Source: Dehalococcoidia bacterium
Lineage (GTDB): Bacteria > Chloroflexota > Dehalococcoidia > Bin125
Assembly: GCA_963555985.3 (NCBI GenBank)
Contig: OY820591.1
Coordinates: forward strand, 1,536,001 to 1,600,000
DNA length: 64,000 bases
Direction: 5' to 3'
In this document: one piece after another, positions 39,412 through 48,900 of the stretch
Layout: every line of letters begins with the position of its first letter
Numbering within the stretch: position 1 is the stretch's first letter
Program-made: the position numbers and the translations under genes
The notes under the pieces: model-generated
Seen by the model: the letters and a program-made list of their open reading frames with translations, nothing else
Told to the model about the DNA's origin: nothing
The model's database searches: none

Positions 39412-40131
39412 GTGCTTCAACGTATTCGTGAGAGCGCACGCGACGACGAGCGGCTGGAGCGCTGGGAGCAGCGGACCAACCTGCCCTTGCTGTTGTTGGC
39501 GGCGGCGATGCTGCCGATCCTGATCGGACAGATGCTGCTTGACCTGGACGCTGCGACGGATGATCTGCTCGAGCTCGGCAGTTGGTTGATCTGGGCGGTC
39601 TTCACGGTCGACCTGGCCGTGCGGCTCTGGTTCGCCGAGAATCGTCGGCGCTTCCTGATTCGGAACTGGATCGATGTCCTCATCGTCGCGGTTCCGTTCC
39701 TGCGTCCGCTGCGCCTGCTCCGCGTGCTCATCGTGCTTGCGCGCTTGTGGCGTCTCCTCGATCGCCGCGGAGTGCGGAGCACGCTAGTGCTCGCGCTCGT
39801 CGTGATGGCCGGCGCGACCGCCGCAGTCTGGGTAGTCGAGCGCGGCTCCGGCGGCGTAATTCACGGATGGGAATCTGCGCTCTGGTGGACACTGGTCACA
39901 ATGGCGACCGGCGACGGGGTGCGCGAGGCGACCACCGTGATTGGCAAGATCCTGGGAGTCGTAGTAACCCTCCTGGGCTTCGCACTGCTCGGCATGGTGA
40001 CCGCGACGATTGCAGCCGCATTCGTGGAGTCAAGCCAGGACGCGGAACAGGAAGAGATCCTGGCGCATCTGCGTTCCTTGCAGGAGGAAGTGCGGCAATT
40101 GCGAGAGAAGCTCGAGTGGTCGGAGGATTGA
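39412..40131 (+). CDS. Voltage-gated K+-channel-like protein with atypical filter
   Basis: S4-like LRPLRLLR; pore helix ALWW.LVTMAT followed by GDG; RBS AGGAG. Confidence 0.85.
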   Translation: MLQRIRESARDDERLERWEQRTNLPLLLLAAAMLPILIGQMLLDLDAATDDLLELGSWLIWAVFTVDLAVRLWFAENRRRFLIRNWIDVLIVAVPFLRPLRLLRVLIVLARLWRLLDRRGVRSTLVLALVVMAGATAAVWVVERGSGGVIHGWESALWWTLVTMATGDGVREATTVIGKILGVVVTLLGFALLGMVTATIAAAFVESSQDAEQEEILAHLRSLQEEVRQLREKLEWSED

Positions 40132-40154
40132 TACCATTGAGTTGGAGAGGAACC

Positions 40155-40373
40155 ATGACAGACGCGAATCCACCGCAGGAGCATGGCGATAGCTGGCCAA
40201 CGGAACTTCCGCCTCCAGGGCCTGCATACATCATCTCGGAGACCGGATTCGGTCCGACTGGCAGATTTGAGACGGAGCCCGAAGACCGGTTTGAGTGGAA
40301 TTGGTCACGGCTGTTTTCTTGGCTCCAGCGATCCAACGGATCTCCCCAGAAAGGCCGTGCACGCGATGGCTGA
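40155..40373 (+). CDS. 72-aa peptide containing ELPPPGP
   Basis: Strong RBS GGAGAGG; MTDANPPQEHGDSWPTELPPPGPAYIISETG... Confidence 0.6.
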   Translation: MTDANPPQEHGDSWPTELPPPGPAYIISETGFGPTGRFETEPEDRFEWNWSRLFSWLQRSNGSPQKGRARDG

Positions 40374-40550
40374 CGAAGAGCCGCAGAAATCCACCATCGA
40401 ATGAGCCGCCAGTCACAGAAGCTCCTAGCCCAGTGACACTTGCCTCAACGCCGGAACTCCCGCCTCCGGGACCAGAGAACCTTGTCACTTTGGACCGGAA
40501 CACATCCCGTCAGCTGATCAAGTACATCGGTTTTTGCCGGGTCAGGCTGA
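40366..40550 (+). pseudogene. Second ELPPPGP peptide, frameshifted (or assembly error)
   Basis: MADEEPQ joins NPPSNEPPVTEAPSPVTLASTPELPPPGPENLVTLD if one A is removed at ~40387-40389; 3' end uncertain. Confidence 0.4.
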
Positions 40551-40569
40551 TTCCGCACCCGAAGACAAG

Positions 40570-41079
40570 TCACTTCTCGGCGAATCCGAGGGCGAGTGAG
40601 GCTGCGGCTGCAACCATGAGAACCGCAAGCACGGACGTGATCATTGCTCTCGTAACCCATTGGCCTTTTGTGAAGATCCTCTCTTCGTTCGCATCCATCG
40701 CCATGAGAATCTCGCGCACAGTCCAGAGAATCACTACCTCGTAAGGGTGAACTCCGGTTGCGACGGTACGCAAGGCGTCCAGGTCGGGCCTCCGGCTGCC
40801 TCGTCCTACTCGATAGGCCCACAAAAGCAACCCGATGTTAAAGACTAATACGAAGATCGTCGAATAGATGAGATATTCTAGAAACCCAGGCAGTACGAGC
40901 TCCCCAAAGCGGAGTGACGCCCCGAGCACTGCGAGCACTGCAAAATTCAGCGCGAACAGCGTGTTCAGGCGACGGTTTAAGGCCTCATGGCGTTCTGCTT
41001 GGTCATCTCGGCGCCACCTCGCTTCACTGAGGTACAAGTTCGCCTTGTCGATTGCCTGCTCTTGGGCTTGATCAGCCAT
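40570..41079 (-). CDS. 3-TM membrane protein, Pycsar TM-effector-like (copy B)
   Basis: Paralog of 24462..24989 (W..D.Q..R..AL.R.L, AVLGA, RPD, W..RE, NE.....K..W..RA); starts immediately after the htpX stop. Confidence 0.75.
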   Translation of the reverse strand: MADQAQEQAIDKANLYLSEARWRRDDQAERHEALNRRLNTLFALNFAVLAVLGASLRFGELVLPGFLEYLIYSTIFVLVFNIGLLLWAYRVGRGSRRPDLDALRTVATGVHPYEVVILWTVREILMAMDANEERIFTKGQWVTRAMITSVLAVLMVAAAASLALGFAEK

Positions 41080-42078
41080 CTAGAACGGCCGGCCAAGCTC
41101 GTGGCTCAGGCGGCGCAGACGTTCGACCCGATCCTCAGTGGGAGGATGGCTGGAGAACCACTTGCCGGGACCTCCGGCAAGGGGGTTGACGATGAAAAGG
41201 TGATTGGCTGCCTCGGCGGTCTTCATCTCCTCCGCCGCGTAGCGAGCCTCAGGCGTCCGCGATCCGGCCTCGAGCTTGAGCAGAGCGTAGGCGAGCGCTT
41301 CAGGGTCGTTGCAGTTGCGGGCGCCAGTGTCGTCGGCCTTGAGTTCGCGTTGGCGCGAGACCGCCATTTGAATGATCGTGGCGATGATCGGGGCGACGAT
41401 TGCGACGATCAGCGCTCCGGCCAGGTGCCCGGCTCCGCCGCCGCCCTCGTCATCGTTGTTGCCCCCGAATCCGCCGAACATGAAGCCCATGAAAAGCGCG
41501 AACTGCGCAAGCATCGCCACGAACGAAATCACCATCGCCATCGACGCCACAATCGTCGACCACAGGGTGTCGCGGTTGGTGACGTGCGCGAGCTCATGCG
41601 ACATCACGCCGGCGAGTTCGCGTTCGGTCAGAATGCTGAGGATGCCGGTAGTCGCAGCGACCGCCGCATGGCGAGGGCTGCGTCCAGTGGCGAAGGCGTT
41701 GGGAATGGGAGTGTCGATCACGTAAACGGTGGGCACGACCCGGGGGCACTGGCCGGGCCGGCAGTGCCCGCTGCACATCGCTTCATAGTCGAACGAGGCC
41801 GCGCCTTCGTTGCTCCGCTCTTTGAACGGCATCTTCCCCTGACAGGCGGCCCGCTGGACAATGCGGTAGAGGACAGGAGCCTCCTCGGCCGTGACTTCGC
41901 GCCCGCCCATCATCTTCGGGACCATCGAGTGGCTGTTGATGTAGGTGTAGAGGTTGATCCCCAGGGCGATCACGGCCATCACGATCAGGCCGATCTCGCC
42001 CGCGACCATCAGGCCAATGAACATCATCAGGCCGGCCATGAGGACCACGAGGAACATCGTTCGGATGCCGTATGCCAC
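41080..42078 (-). CDS. htpX: Zn metalloprotease HtpX with Cys-rich insertion
   Basis: PNAFATGR, HELAH, SRQRE..AD, HLFIVNP, FSSHPP..R; RBS GGAG before GTG. Confidence 0.92.
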   Translation of the reverse strand: MAYGIRTMFLVVLMAGLMMFIGLMVAGEIGLIVMAVIALGINLYTYINSHSMVPKMMGGREVTAEEAPVLYRIVQRAACQGKMPFKERSNEGAASFDYEAMCSGHCRPGQCPRVVPTVYVIDTPIPNAFATGRSPRHAAVAATTGILSILTERELAGVMSHELAHVTNRDTLWSTIVASMAMVISFVAMLAQFALFMGFMFGGFGGNNDDEGGGGAGHLAGALIVAIVAPIIATIIQMAVSRQRELKADDTGARNCNDPEALAYALLKLEAGSRTPEARYAAEEMKTAEAANHLFIVNPLAGGPGKWFSSHPPTEDRVERLRRLSHELGRPF

Positions 42079-42209
42079 GATCTCAACTCCAGTCCAAATT
42101 GCGCGGAGATGCATGCGATTGTGTGAGCATGATCGTACCATCGCAGAAAGCGCGGATCGCAGTACCGCCAGTGCCGTAGTAGCGTTTGCCGCAGAGGGGA
42201 AGTGATCCG

Positions 42210-42506
42210 ATGCCGATCTACGAATATGTGTGCCGAGCGTGCGGGGCCGAGTGGGAAGTGTTTCAGCGCAAGATGGACGCCCCCGCGCCCGCCTGCGAGG
42301 CGTGTGAGAGCGACGAACGGGTGGAGCGAATGATCGCGCGAACGGCCTTCCTCAAGGACGAGAACACCAAAATGCGCGAGATGCACCCGAAATACGCCAA
42401 GATGGTCGACGCCGCCTGGGAGAAAGCCTCCCGCAACGACCCGCTCAGCAAGACCCGCTTCGCCCCCCTAGTCGACTCGGGCAAGCGGGTCCAGGATATG
42501 ACCTAG
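42210..42506 (+). CDS. FmdB-family zinc-ribbon protein
   Basis: MPIYEYVCRACG...CEAC. Confidence 0.88.
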   Translation: MPIYEYVCRACGAEWEVFQRKMDAPAPACEACESDERVERMIARTAFLKDENTKMREMHPKYAKMVDAAWEKASRNDPLSKTRFAPLVDSGKRVQDMT

Positions 42507-42516
42507 CCGCGCGAAT

Positions 42517-43455
42517 CTAGTCCGCAGGCGCGAACCCCGCCCCAGCCGAGACCCCGTTCGCGGCCGCCCAATCCCCCGCTGACTGACGGTTTCGTCCGAC
42601 CGCGATCGTGTCGATCCGAATCGATTCGCCGTCGCCGCAGACAATCGTCATTCCCTCGTCTGAAATCGCTGCGATCTCGCCTGCGCCGCCCCCGCTGTGG
42701 TCGGCCCGAGTGCTGCCCAAGAGGGTGACGCGCTCGCCGTTGATCTCGCTCCAGGCACCCGGAGCGCGATCCGATCCGCGAATGAAGTTGTGAACCGTCT
42801 GCGCGTCCTGACTCCAGTCGATCCGGGCGATGTCGCCCTCCCAGGGGCCTTCATAAGTCATGTCGGCTTCCTGCTGGATATGCCGCGGAGCCTGTCCGGA
42901 TTCGACGAGGCTGACTGCTTCGGACATCGCTTCCACGCCAAGTGGGAAGAGATACTCGCGGTAGACCGAATTGATCGTCGCGTCCGGACCAATGGGGCAA
43001 GTCTTCTGGAGCAGGACCGGACCGGTGTCGATGCCCTCATCCACCCAGAAGATCGTCACCCCGGTCATCGTGTCGCCCTGCAGAATCGAGTGATTGATCG
43101 CGGAGCGGCCTCGGTGCTTGGGCAGGATCGAGGGGTGGTACTGAATCGTCTTCAGCGGCGGGAACTCCAGCACCCGGGACGGAATGATCTGGGTGACGAA
43201 AGCCATCACATTTAGCTCAGGGGCAGTGGCCTCGTACTCCGCGACAACGTCCTCGTTGACAACCCCGCGCCGCTGCCAGCGGCGCGGCTGCACGAGCGTA
43301 ATTCCGGCGTCGCGGGCGGCTTGCGCAAGAGGATCGGGACGGCCGCCTTCGCGCTCGCGTGGAGTGAAGACTCCCACGATCTCATGTCCGTCCGAGACGA
43401 GCCGCTCGAACACGGCTGCGCCGAAGGGCGCTTGTCCGATCAGGGCGATACGCAT
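42517..43455 (-). CDS. Formyltransferase-fold protein (10-formyl-THF hydrolase domain/Fmt-like)
   Basis: IGQAPFG, YHPSILPKHRG.SAIN, TIFWVDEGIDTG, FIRG.D..PGAW. Confidence 0.88.
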   Translation of the reverse strand: MRIALIGQAPFGAAVFERLVSDGHEIVGVFTPREREGGRPDPLAQAARDAGITLVQPRRWQRRGVVNEDVVAEYEATAPELNVMAFVTQIIPSRVLEFPPLKTIQYHPSILPKHRGRSAINHSILQGDTMTGVTIFWVDEGIDTGPVLLQKTCPIGPDATINSVYREYLFPLGVEAMSEAVSLVESGQAPRHIQQEADMTYEGPWEGDIARIDWSQDAQTVHNFIRGSDRAPGAWSEINGERVTLLGSTRADHSGGGAGEIAAISDEGMTIVCGDGESIRIDTIAVGRNRQSAGDWAAANGVSAGAGFAPAD

Positions 43456-43949
43456 CAGGATTCCTCTCTCGGCTTGACTCGGAAAGCCCCGGCAGCGCTG
43501 CTGGCGCGCCAGATCCGAGGCGGTTTCTCGGCGATGATGTCAAAGAGCGTCGTAATGCTAATTCGTTGGGCGGGAAGATGGATCAGCGCCGGTTCGAGCA
43601 GCTCAGGTCCGAAGAAATCGTCGACTTCGTAGGGGAAGTGGGGCGAGATTTCGGTGATCTGCTGGTGATCGAAAACGATGTTCGCGGAACCGCTCAGGTT
43701 GAGGTGCCGGAAGTCCCCGGTCCAATGCAGGAGCTCGATCCGGGGATTTCGGCTGATATGACGCACGCGATGGCTGTCGGCGGGGGTGAGAATGTACGCG
43801 TCGGCACCCAGGTAGGCAGGCGTGGCGGGACGGACATGCGGCTGACCGCCATGCTCAGTGGCGAGGAAGGCGATCGGCGCGCTGCGAATCAGCTCAAGCG
43901 CCTCCGGCCAGAAGTCCGGCAGGTCGTCTGCTGCCTGAGTGTCGTCCAC
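43455..43949 (-). CDS. Pyridoxamine 5'-phosphate oxidase-like split-barrel flavin/F420-binding protein
   Basis: FLAT..GQPHVRP, I..NPRIEL. Confidence 0.75.
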   Translation of the reverse strand: MDDTQAADDLPDFWPEALELIRSAPIAFLATEHGGQPHVRPATPAYLGADAYILTPADSHRVRHISRNPRIELLHWTGDFRHLNLSGSANIVFDHQQITEISPHFPYEVDDFFGPELLEPALIHLPAQRISITTLFDIIAEKPPRIWRASSAAGAFRVKPREES

Positions 43950-44002
43950 GTGTGACGCCTCTTCCTCACGATCGGGCTGATTCGACTGGCGCGTCCACCA
44001 GA

Positions 44003-44746
44003 CTAGGACTGATCAAGTGATTGGGGATCGACTTCGTCGACTTGGCCGTCCCGCATCAGAAACAGTCGGTTCGCCCGCCGCGCGATGTCGAGGTTGTGCG
44101 TGACCATCACGATCGTCTGCCCGGCCCGATTCAGACCCTCGAGCAAATCGACGATCTCATTGCCGGTCTGTGAATCGAGATTGCCGGTTGGCTCGTCGGC
44201 GAGAATCACATCAGGCTGATTTGCCAGAGCCCGTGCGATCGCGACGCGCTGACGCTCACCGCCGGAAAGTTCGACGGGACGGTGCTCCAGCCGCTCGGCG
44301 AGACCCACTGCGGTGAGCAGCTGTTTGGCGCGTGTGCTCCGCTTTCGCCGTGGAACGCCGGCGAGCGCGAGCGCAATCTCGACATTCTGGCGGGCGGTCA
44401 GCATCTGGAGCAGGTTGAAGGCCTGAAACACAAAACCAAGCGTGCGCAGACGCAGAGCGGCGCGATCCTCGCGCCCGAGATGCTGAGCCCTCTTGCCTCG
44501 AATCCGAACTTCGCCGTCAGTCGGCGAGTCAATCAAGCCCAGAAGTTGGAGCAGAGTCGACTTACCGGAACCGGACGGGCCGGCAATGGCGATGAAGTCG
44601 CCCTCGTGGATGTCGAGGTCAAGCGCGTGCAGAGCGTGGATCGTCTGCCGCCCCAGGCGATACACACGCTGAAGCCCGCGCACCGAGAGCAACGGCGCTG
44701 CATCAGCTTCGGCGTCTGAGCCGCGCTTCGACATCTGCTCACTCAT
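44003..44746 (-). CDS. ABC transporter ATP-binding protein (LolD/MacB type)
   Basis: GPSGSGKS, LSGGERQR, ADEPTGNLD. Confidence 0.93.
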   Translation of the reverse strand: MSEQMSKRGSDAEADAAPLLSVRGLQRVYRLGRQTIHALHALDLDIHEGDFIAIAGPSGSGKSTLLQLLGLIDSPTDGEVRIRGKRAQHLGREDRAALRLRTLGFVFQAFNLLQMLTARQNVEIALALAGVPRRKRSTRAKQLLTAVGLAERLEHRPVELSGGERQRVAIARALANQPDVILADEPTGNLDSQTGNEIVDLLEGLNRAGQTIVMVTHNLDIARRANRLFLMRDGQVDEVDPQSLDQS

Positions 44747-45950
44747 AGCGCAGCGCAATAATCGGATCGACCTGCACCGCCCGTGCGGCCGGGAGCAAGG
44801 CGGCGATCATCGCACAGGTCGTGAGAATCCCAGCCGCTCCGTACTCGATCTCACGGGAACGAATCCCGGCTGCATCCGGTCCCAGCGCCTGCCGAATCAC
44901 AATCCGCGACATTGGGATCCCGATCAGCGATCCGGCAAGTGCGAAACCGCCCGATTCGGACAGGATCAACGAGAGCAGGGATCCCCTCGGCGCTCCGATC
45001 GCGCGCAGTGTGCCCAGTTCCCGTGTGCGCTCCAAGACCGAGACGAACATCACGATCGCGATCAGCAGCGCCGCCACGCAGACCGACGTCCAGCGAACGA
45101 CGTTGAAGAGTTGATTCACGCGGTCGAGCAGTGTGCGTGCGTTTTCGGCGAGCTGGCGATCCGAGATCACCATCAACTGATCATGTTCGCGCTCAATCTC
45201 AGCCTGGAGCGGATCAATATCGCTGGCGCGGCGGGGCGACAGCAGGATCGCGCTGACCGAGTCGGGCGTCTTCAGCATCCGTTGCGCGTCGGCAAGAGGA
45301 ACCAGGACGGCGGAACGAAGCAACTGGTTCGTCTCCGGTTCGAGGATCCCCTGAACCTCAAACTCGACGCCGCGAATGCTGATTCGCGCGCCGGTTGCAG
45401 CCAGCGCGATTGGCCCGACCGGAGAAGGAACTTCGCTCGTCGCGCTCGCGGTTGGCGCGAAATGGCGCGCCGCAAGCACGCCGAGCACGGCCGGCGGCGC
45501 GCCGCAACTCCCTGACGCCGCCGAGAAGTCCGCACGTCCGATCAGTGCGCCCGCGCCGCCCAAAAATACGTGCTCCTTGCCCGGTTCGATGCCAACCAGT
45601 AGCGCCTCCGGCGGCGCCGTGGGATAGGGCGGTGGGGCGAGCGCGGCGAAACTGACCGCAGTGGAGCGGTCGCGGTCGACCGCCCCAATATCGAGGACTT
45701 GCCAGGCTTGCTCATGGCTAATCGTGGAAGAGATAGGCGGCCACTCGATCCCCGACATGCCCGCCAGTCCCCGCGATTGCACGAAGAGCACGCCGGTGAA
45801 GCGCTGCACCTGCAAATCGAGATCATCAGTGATGAAGCGCATCACCGCAGTCACCACGATGTAGAGATTGACGCAAACTCCGAAGCCCAGCACGGTGAGC
45901 ACGGATCGGAGTCTCTTAGTCAGGAGTTGTTGGACGGCAAGTGTGAGCAT
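44739..45950 (-). CDS. FtsX/MacB-like ABC permease
   Basis: RSVLT.LG, SVLERTRELGTLRAIGA, PAARA...DPIIALRYE. Confidence 0.9.
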   Translation of the reverse strand: MLTLAVQQLLTKRLRSVLTVLGFGVCVNLYIVVTAVMRFITDDLDLQVQRFTGVLFVQSRGLAGMSGIEWPPISSTISHEQAWQVLDIGAVDRDRSTAVSFAALAPPPYPTAPPEALLVGIEPGKEHVFLGGAGALIGRADFSAASGSCGAPPAVLGVLAARHFAPTASATSEVPSPVGPIALAATGARISIRGVEFEVQGILEPETNQLLRSAVLVPLADAQRMLKTPDSVSAILLSPRRASDIDPLQAEIEREHDQLMVISDRQLAENARTLLDRVNQLFNVVRWTSVCVAALLIAIVMFVSVLERTRELGTLRAIGAPRGSLLSLILSESGGFALAGSLIGIPMSRIVIRQALGPDAAGIRSREIEYGAAGILTTCAMIAALLPAARAVQVDPIIALRYE

Positions 45951-45970
45951 GTCTCACCATAGTAGCGGCA

Positions 45971-48900
45971 TCACCCGGAGTAGTCGGGTGGTTCAACAAG
46001 AGAGGTGGACAAGTTCGTTTGGATCCGGTCCAACCCAAAGAAGTTGCGGAAACTCGGCCAGTGGTGAAGTAATCCTAGATGGTCGGCGAACAAAAAGACT
46101 GCACCCAATGTTGCGTATCCCGTGACACCCAAAAGCAATCCCAACTCCACGTCGACAGCAGGAATAGGCCAAAGTACCAAGAAAATGGTAGCGCCAATGA
46201 CAACTAATGTTACTGTGCCTCTAACACTCATCCTATTCAGGAACAGCGAGCTGACGAACAGCCCAATTAAAGCAGCCACCGCCTCAACTGCTAGGTGCTT
46301 CGGATCAGTCAAGATATCGAGCAATCCTTTGTTCTCGCTGACGTCGGTACGAGTGGCGTTGATAGTACCAAGCAACGTTGCCTGCTCATCCCAAAGTTCC
46401 TCGATCTGCTCGGTGGCCCACAAGTATCCGTTGAGCTCGAGCAGAACCCGGTACCAGCAGCTGATATGACTTCGCAAGGTACAGCTAATTCCAAAGGGAC
46501 CGCTTCTGGCAAGTACCACATCCGGAGTATCGTACCAACATTCGGTGATTGCATAGTCGTCTCGCTTGCACTTTATTGAGAAGCCGTTCCTAGAAAGACA
46601 GCTATAGTCATTTCGCTCGCATGTAAGCGGCTCATACTCTTCAATGTATTCCCCTGCACGGTGGTAACTCTCAAGCAAGAGATACCAGAGATCGTCAGAG
46701 CCAAGACTCCTCTGAATGTTGCTTAGCCACCTGATCCGCAACGACAAAGTGCAGTCTTCTTCACCTTCGCATTCCAAACTCTCCCGATCGCTCAGGCACT
46801 CCCAATCGCCAAGAGCGCAGTATACATCGTCCTCCTGCCCTACTACAGATTCAAGAGATTTTACCGCCCCCCACAAGCCGCTCCCTTCATCTTTGGTTCC
46901 GAGTGCTTCCTGAATCGCAGAGATGGAAGCTATCAGAGCATCAGTAGTACTGCGAAGTCCGTCTACGGTGCCAGTCAATGTACTAGTTTCATCATCAAAC
47001 TGCTTCGGCATATGTTGCTTAACTAGCGCCCGGCAATCATCATCATCCCGCCATTCGCCAGCCCCGATCACAGCTTGGTGAAGGCAGATGACATTTTCGG
47101 CGGTCAGCAGCTTTAATCCAAAATCAATCTTAGCTGTTCGGTGTACGTGAAGGGCAGCCTCGGCTTCAATGTATTGCTCAGTGACACCGCAATCTGCGGT
47201 CTGATCTCCTGGATCTACTATGAAGCTGACTGTGGCCGTCGCGTCAGTCCCTGACCCAGCATCTTCGGTTATCTGCGCTGCAAAGGAAATCGCTGCAGTT
47301 TCTCCGGGAGCGAGGCAAGTGACAGGATATCCATTGGCTACCCATGTGGGCGGCGGAGAATCGTGGTCCCGAGTCTCGCCACCGCCTTGGTCAATGTAAT
47401 AGGTAGTTCGGTTCGGACCACTTTCGTGCCTATAGACGGTGTTGGTCGATAGCTGTTCCAGTACAAGAAGCCCGTTCCGGATCGTCTGGGATCCTATGTT
47501 CTCAATATAAAACCAATGCCAGATGTCATCATGTGGCTTATAGGGCTCACCTCGCGCCCAGTGACTAATCTTCGCGGCGCGTCTAGGTACAACGGTGAAT
47601 TTGAATAGATCTTGTGCTTCGCATGATATGTGCACCCCACAAGATACAGACGCCCAAAGGGACACGTTAATCCCCGGTGCCGCAATTTGGCTGACAGTTG
47701 CAGAAAATGAAATGGCGACTGATTCACCAGCAGGTAAGTTTGGAAGGTTGTAGCCGTTTTGAATCCAGTTATCTGGCACTGAGCGAGAGTTGGCATCTGT
47801 GTATTCCGCGTATGTGAGTGAGGAGCTCCCGAGATTGTACTTCAGCGCCTTAGGCAGGTTGATGCTGAGGATTGCACCGGTCAGATCTTCGGCACCAGGT
47901 GGATTCACAACGGTAGCAATAAAGATAGGCGACATGTCAGTGTGAATGATAGTTCGATTGGCTTCCAGCGATACGGTCGGGACAGATTCACTCTGGGTGG
48001 GTGCGGTAATCGTAAGGTTTTGCTTGTCAGTGAAGGATTCAAGAGCACCGTCCTCGATAAATCGGCGTGAGTCTGACGCCAGATGGTACCAAGGCGTGAT
48101 GAGGGTTGTGATGCCAACTGTTGTACCAGGGACAGCATCGTCTTCAATGCAGACTTCATAACTGTACCGCCATGTTTGGCCAGGATCGAGCTGCCTGATA
48201 TGGAAGCCTCCGAGAAAGTAATAATCCTCCATCGTTTCGTCCCACTGGCTGTTCGGCAGTTCTTCGTCAAAAATTAGCAGATCTGATGCCTGAGTCAGTG
48301 TTCCTGGGATGAAGGTCGCGATACGCGTTTGTCCGGTGCTTTGTGGCCATGGTTCGACTGAGACGTGGCGGATCGGATAATTTCCGGCGTTGGAGATTGA
48401 AATTGAGATAGTAATGGCTTCGCCCGGTACTGGAGTGGCGTTGCTGACAGTGACTATCGGGGCAGGCATGTATATGACATCGGAGAGTGAGAAACGGCTG
48501 TCGAATGGGTCGACTCTGCCGCGGATGCTAAAGAAAAGGTATGGGCTGGGATTCGTTCGGGAGTCGGTCGCCTGATCCGACTCTATCAGCAGAATGAGGC
48601 GCTGTGACGTCTCCCAGTCTATATCGGCGGCATCGTCGAGGTTGGCGAGAAACTCGAGCCGAAGCCTAGCGCCTGAATCTAGATCGCCGTATTGGACGTA
48701 TTGATCCTCGATGACCAGGCTACCCAGATCTGTCAGTCTGAGCTCGGTTTCAGTGCCATCGACGGCGGTCCTCTTTGCTCCCTGCAACGTGAGTGTAAAG
48801 GGGTCGGGATCATTTGGTGACCACATTTGCACGCGTATGTTGGTTTGGCGCTCACTCGTGTTGTTGATGATCTCGGCATAGAGTGGAATAGAATCACCTG

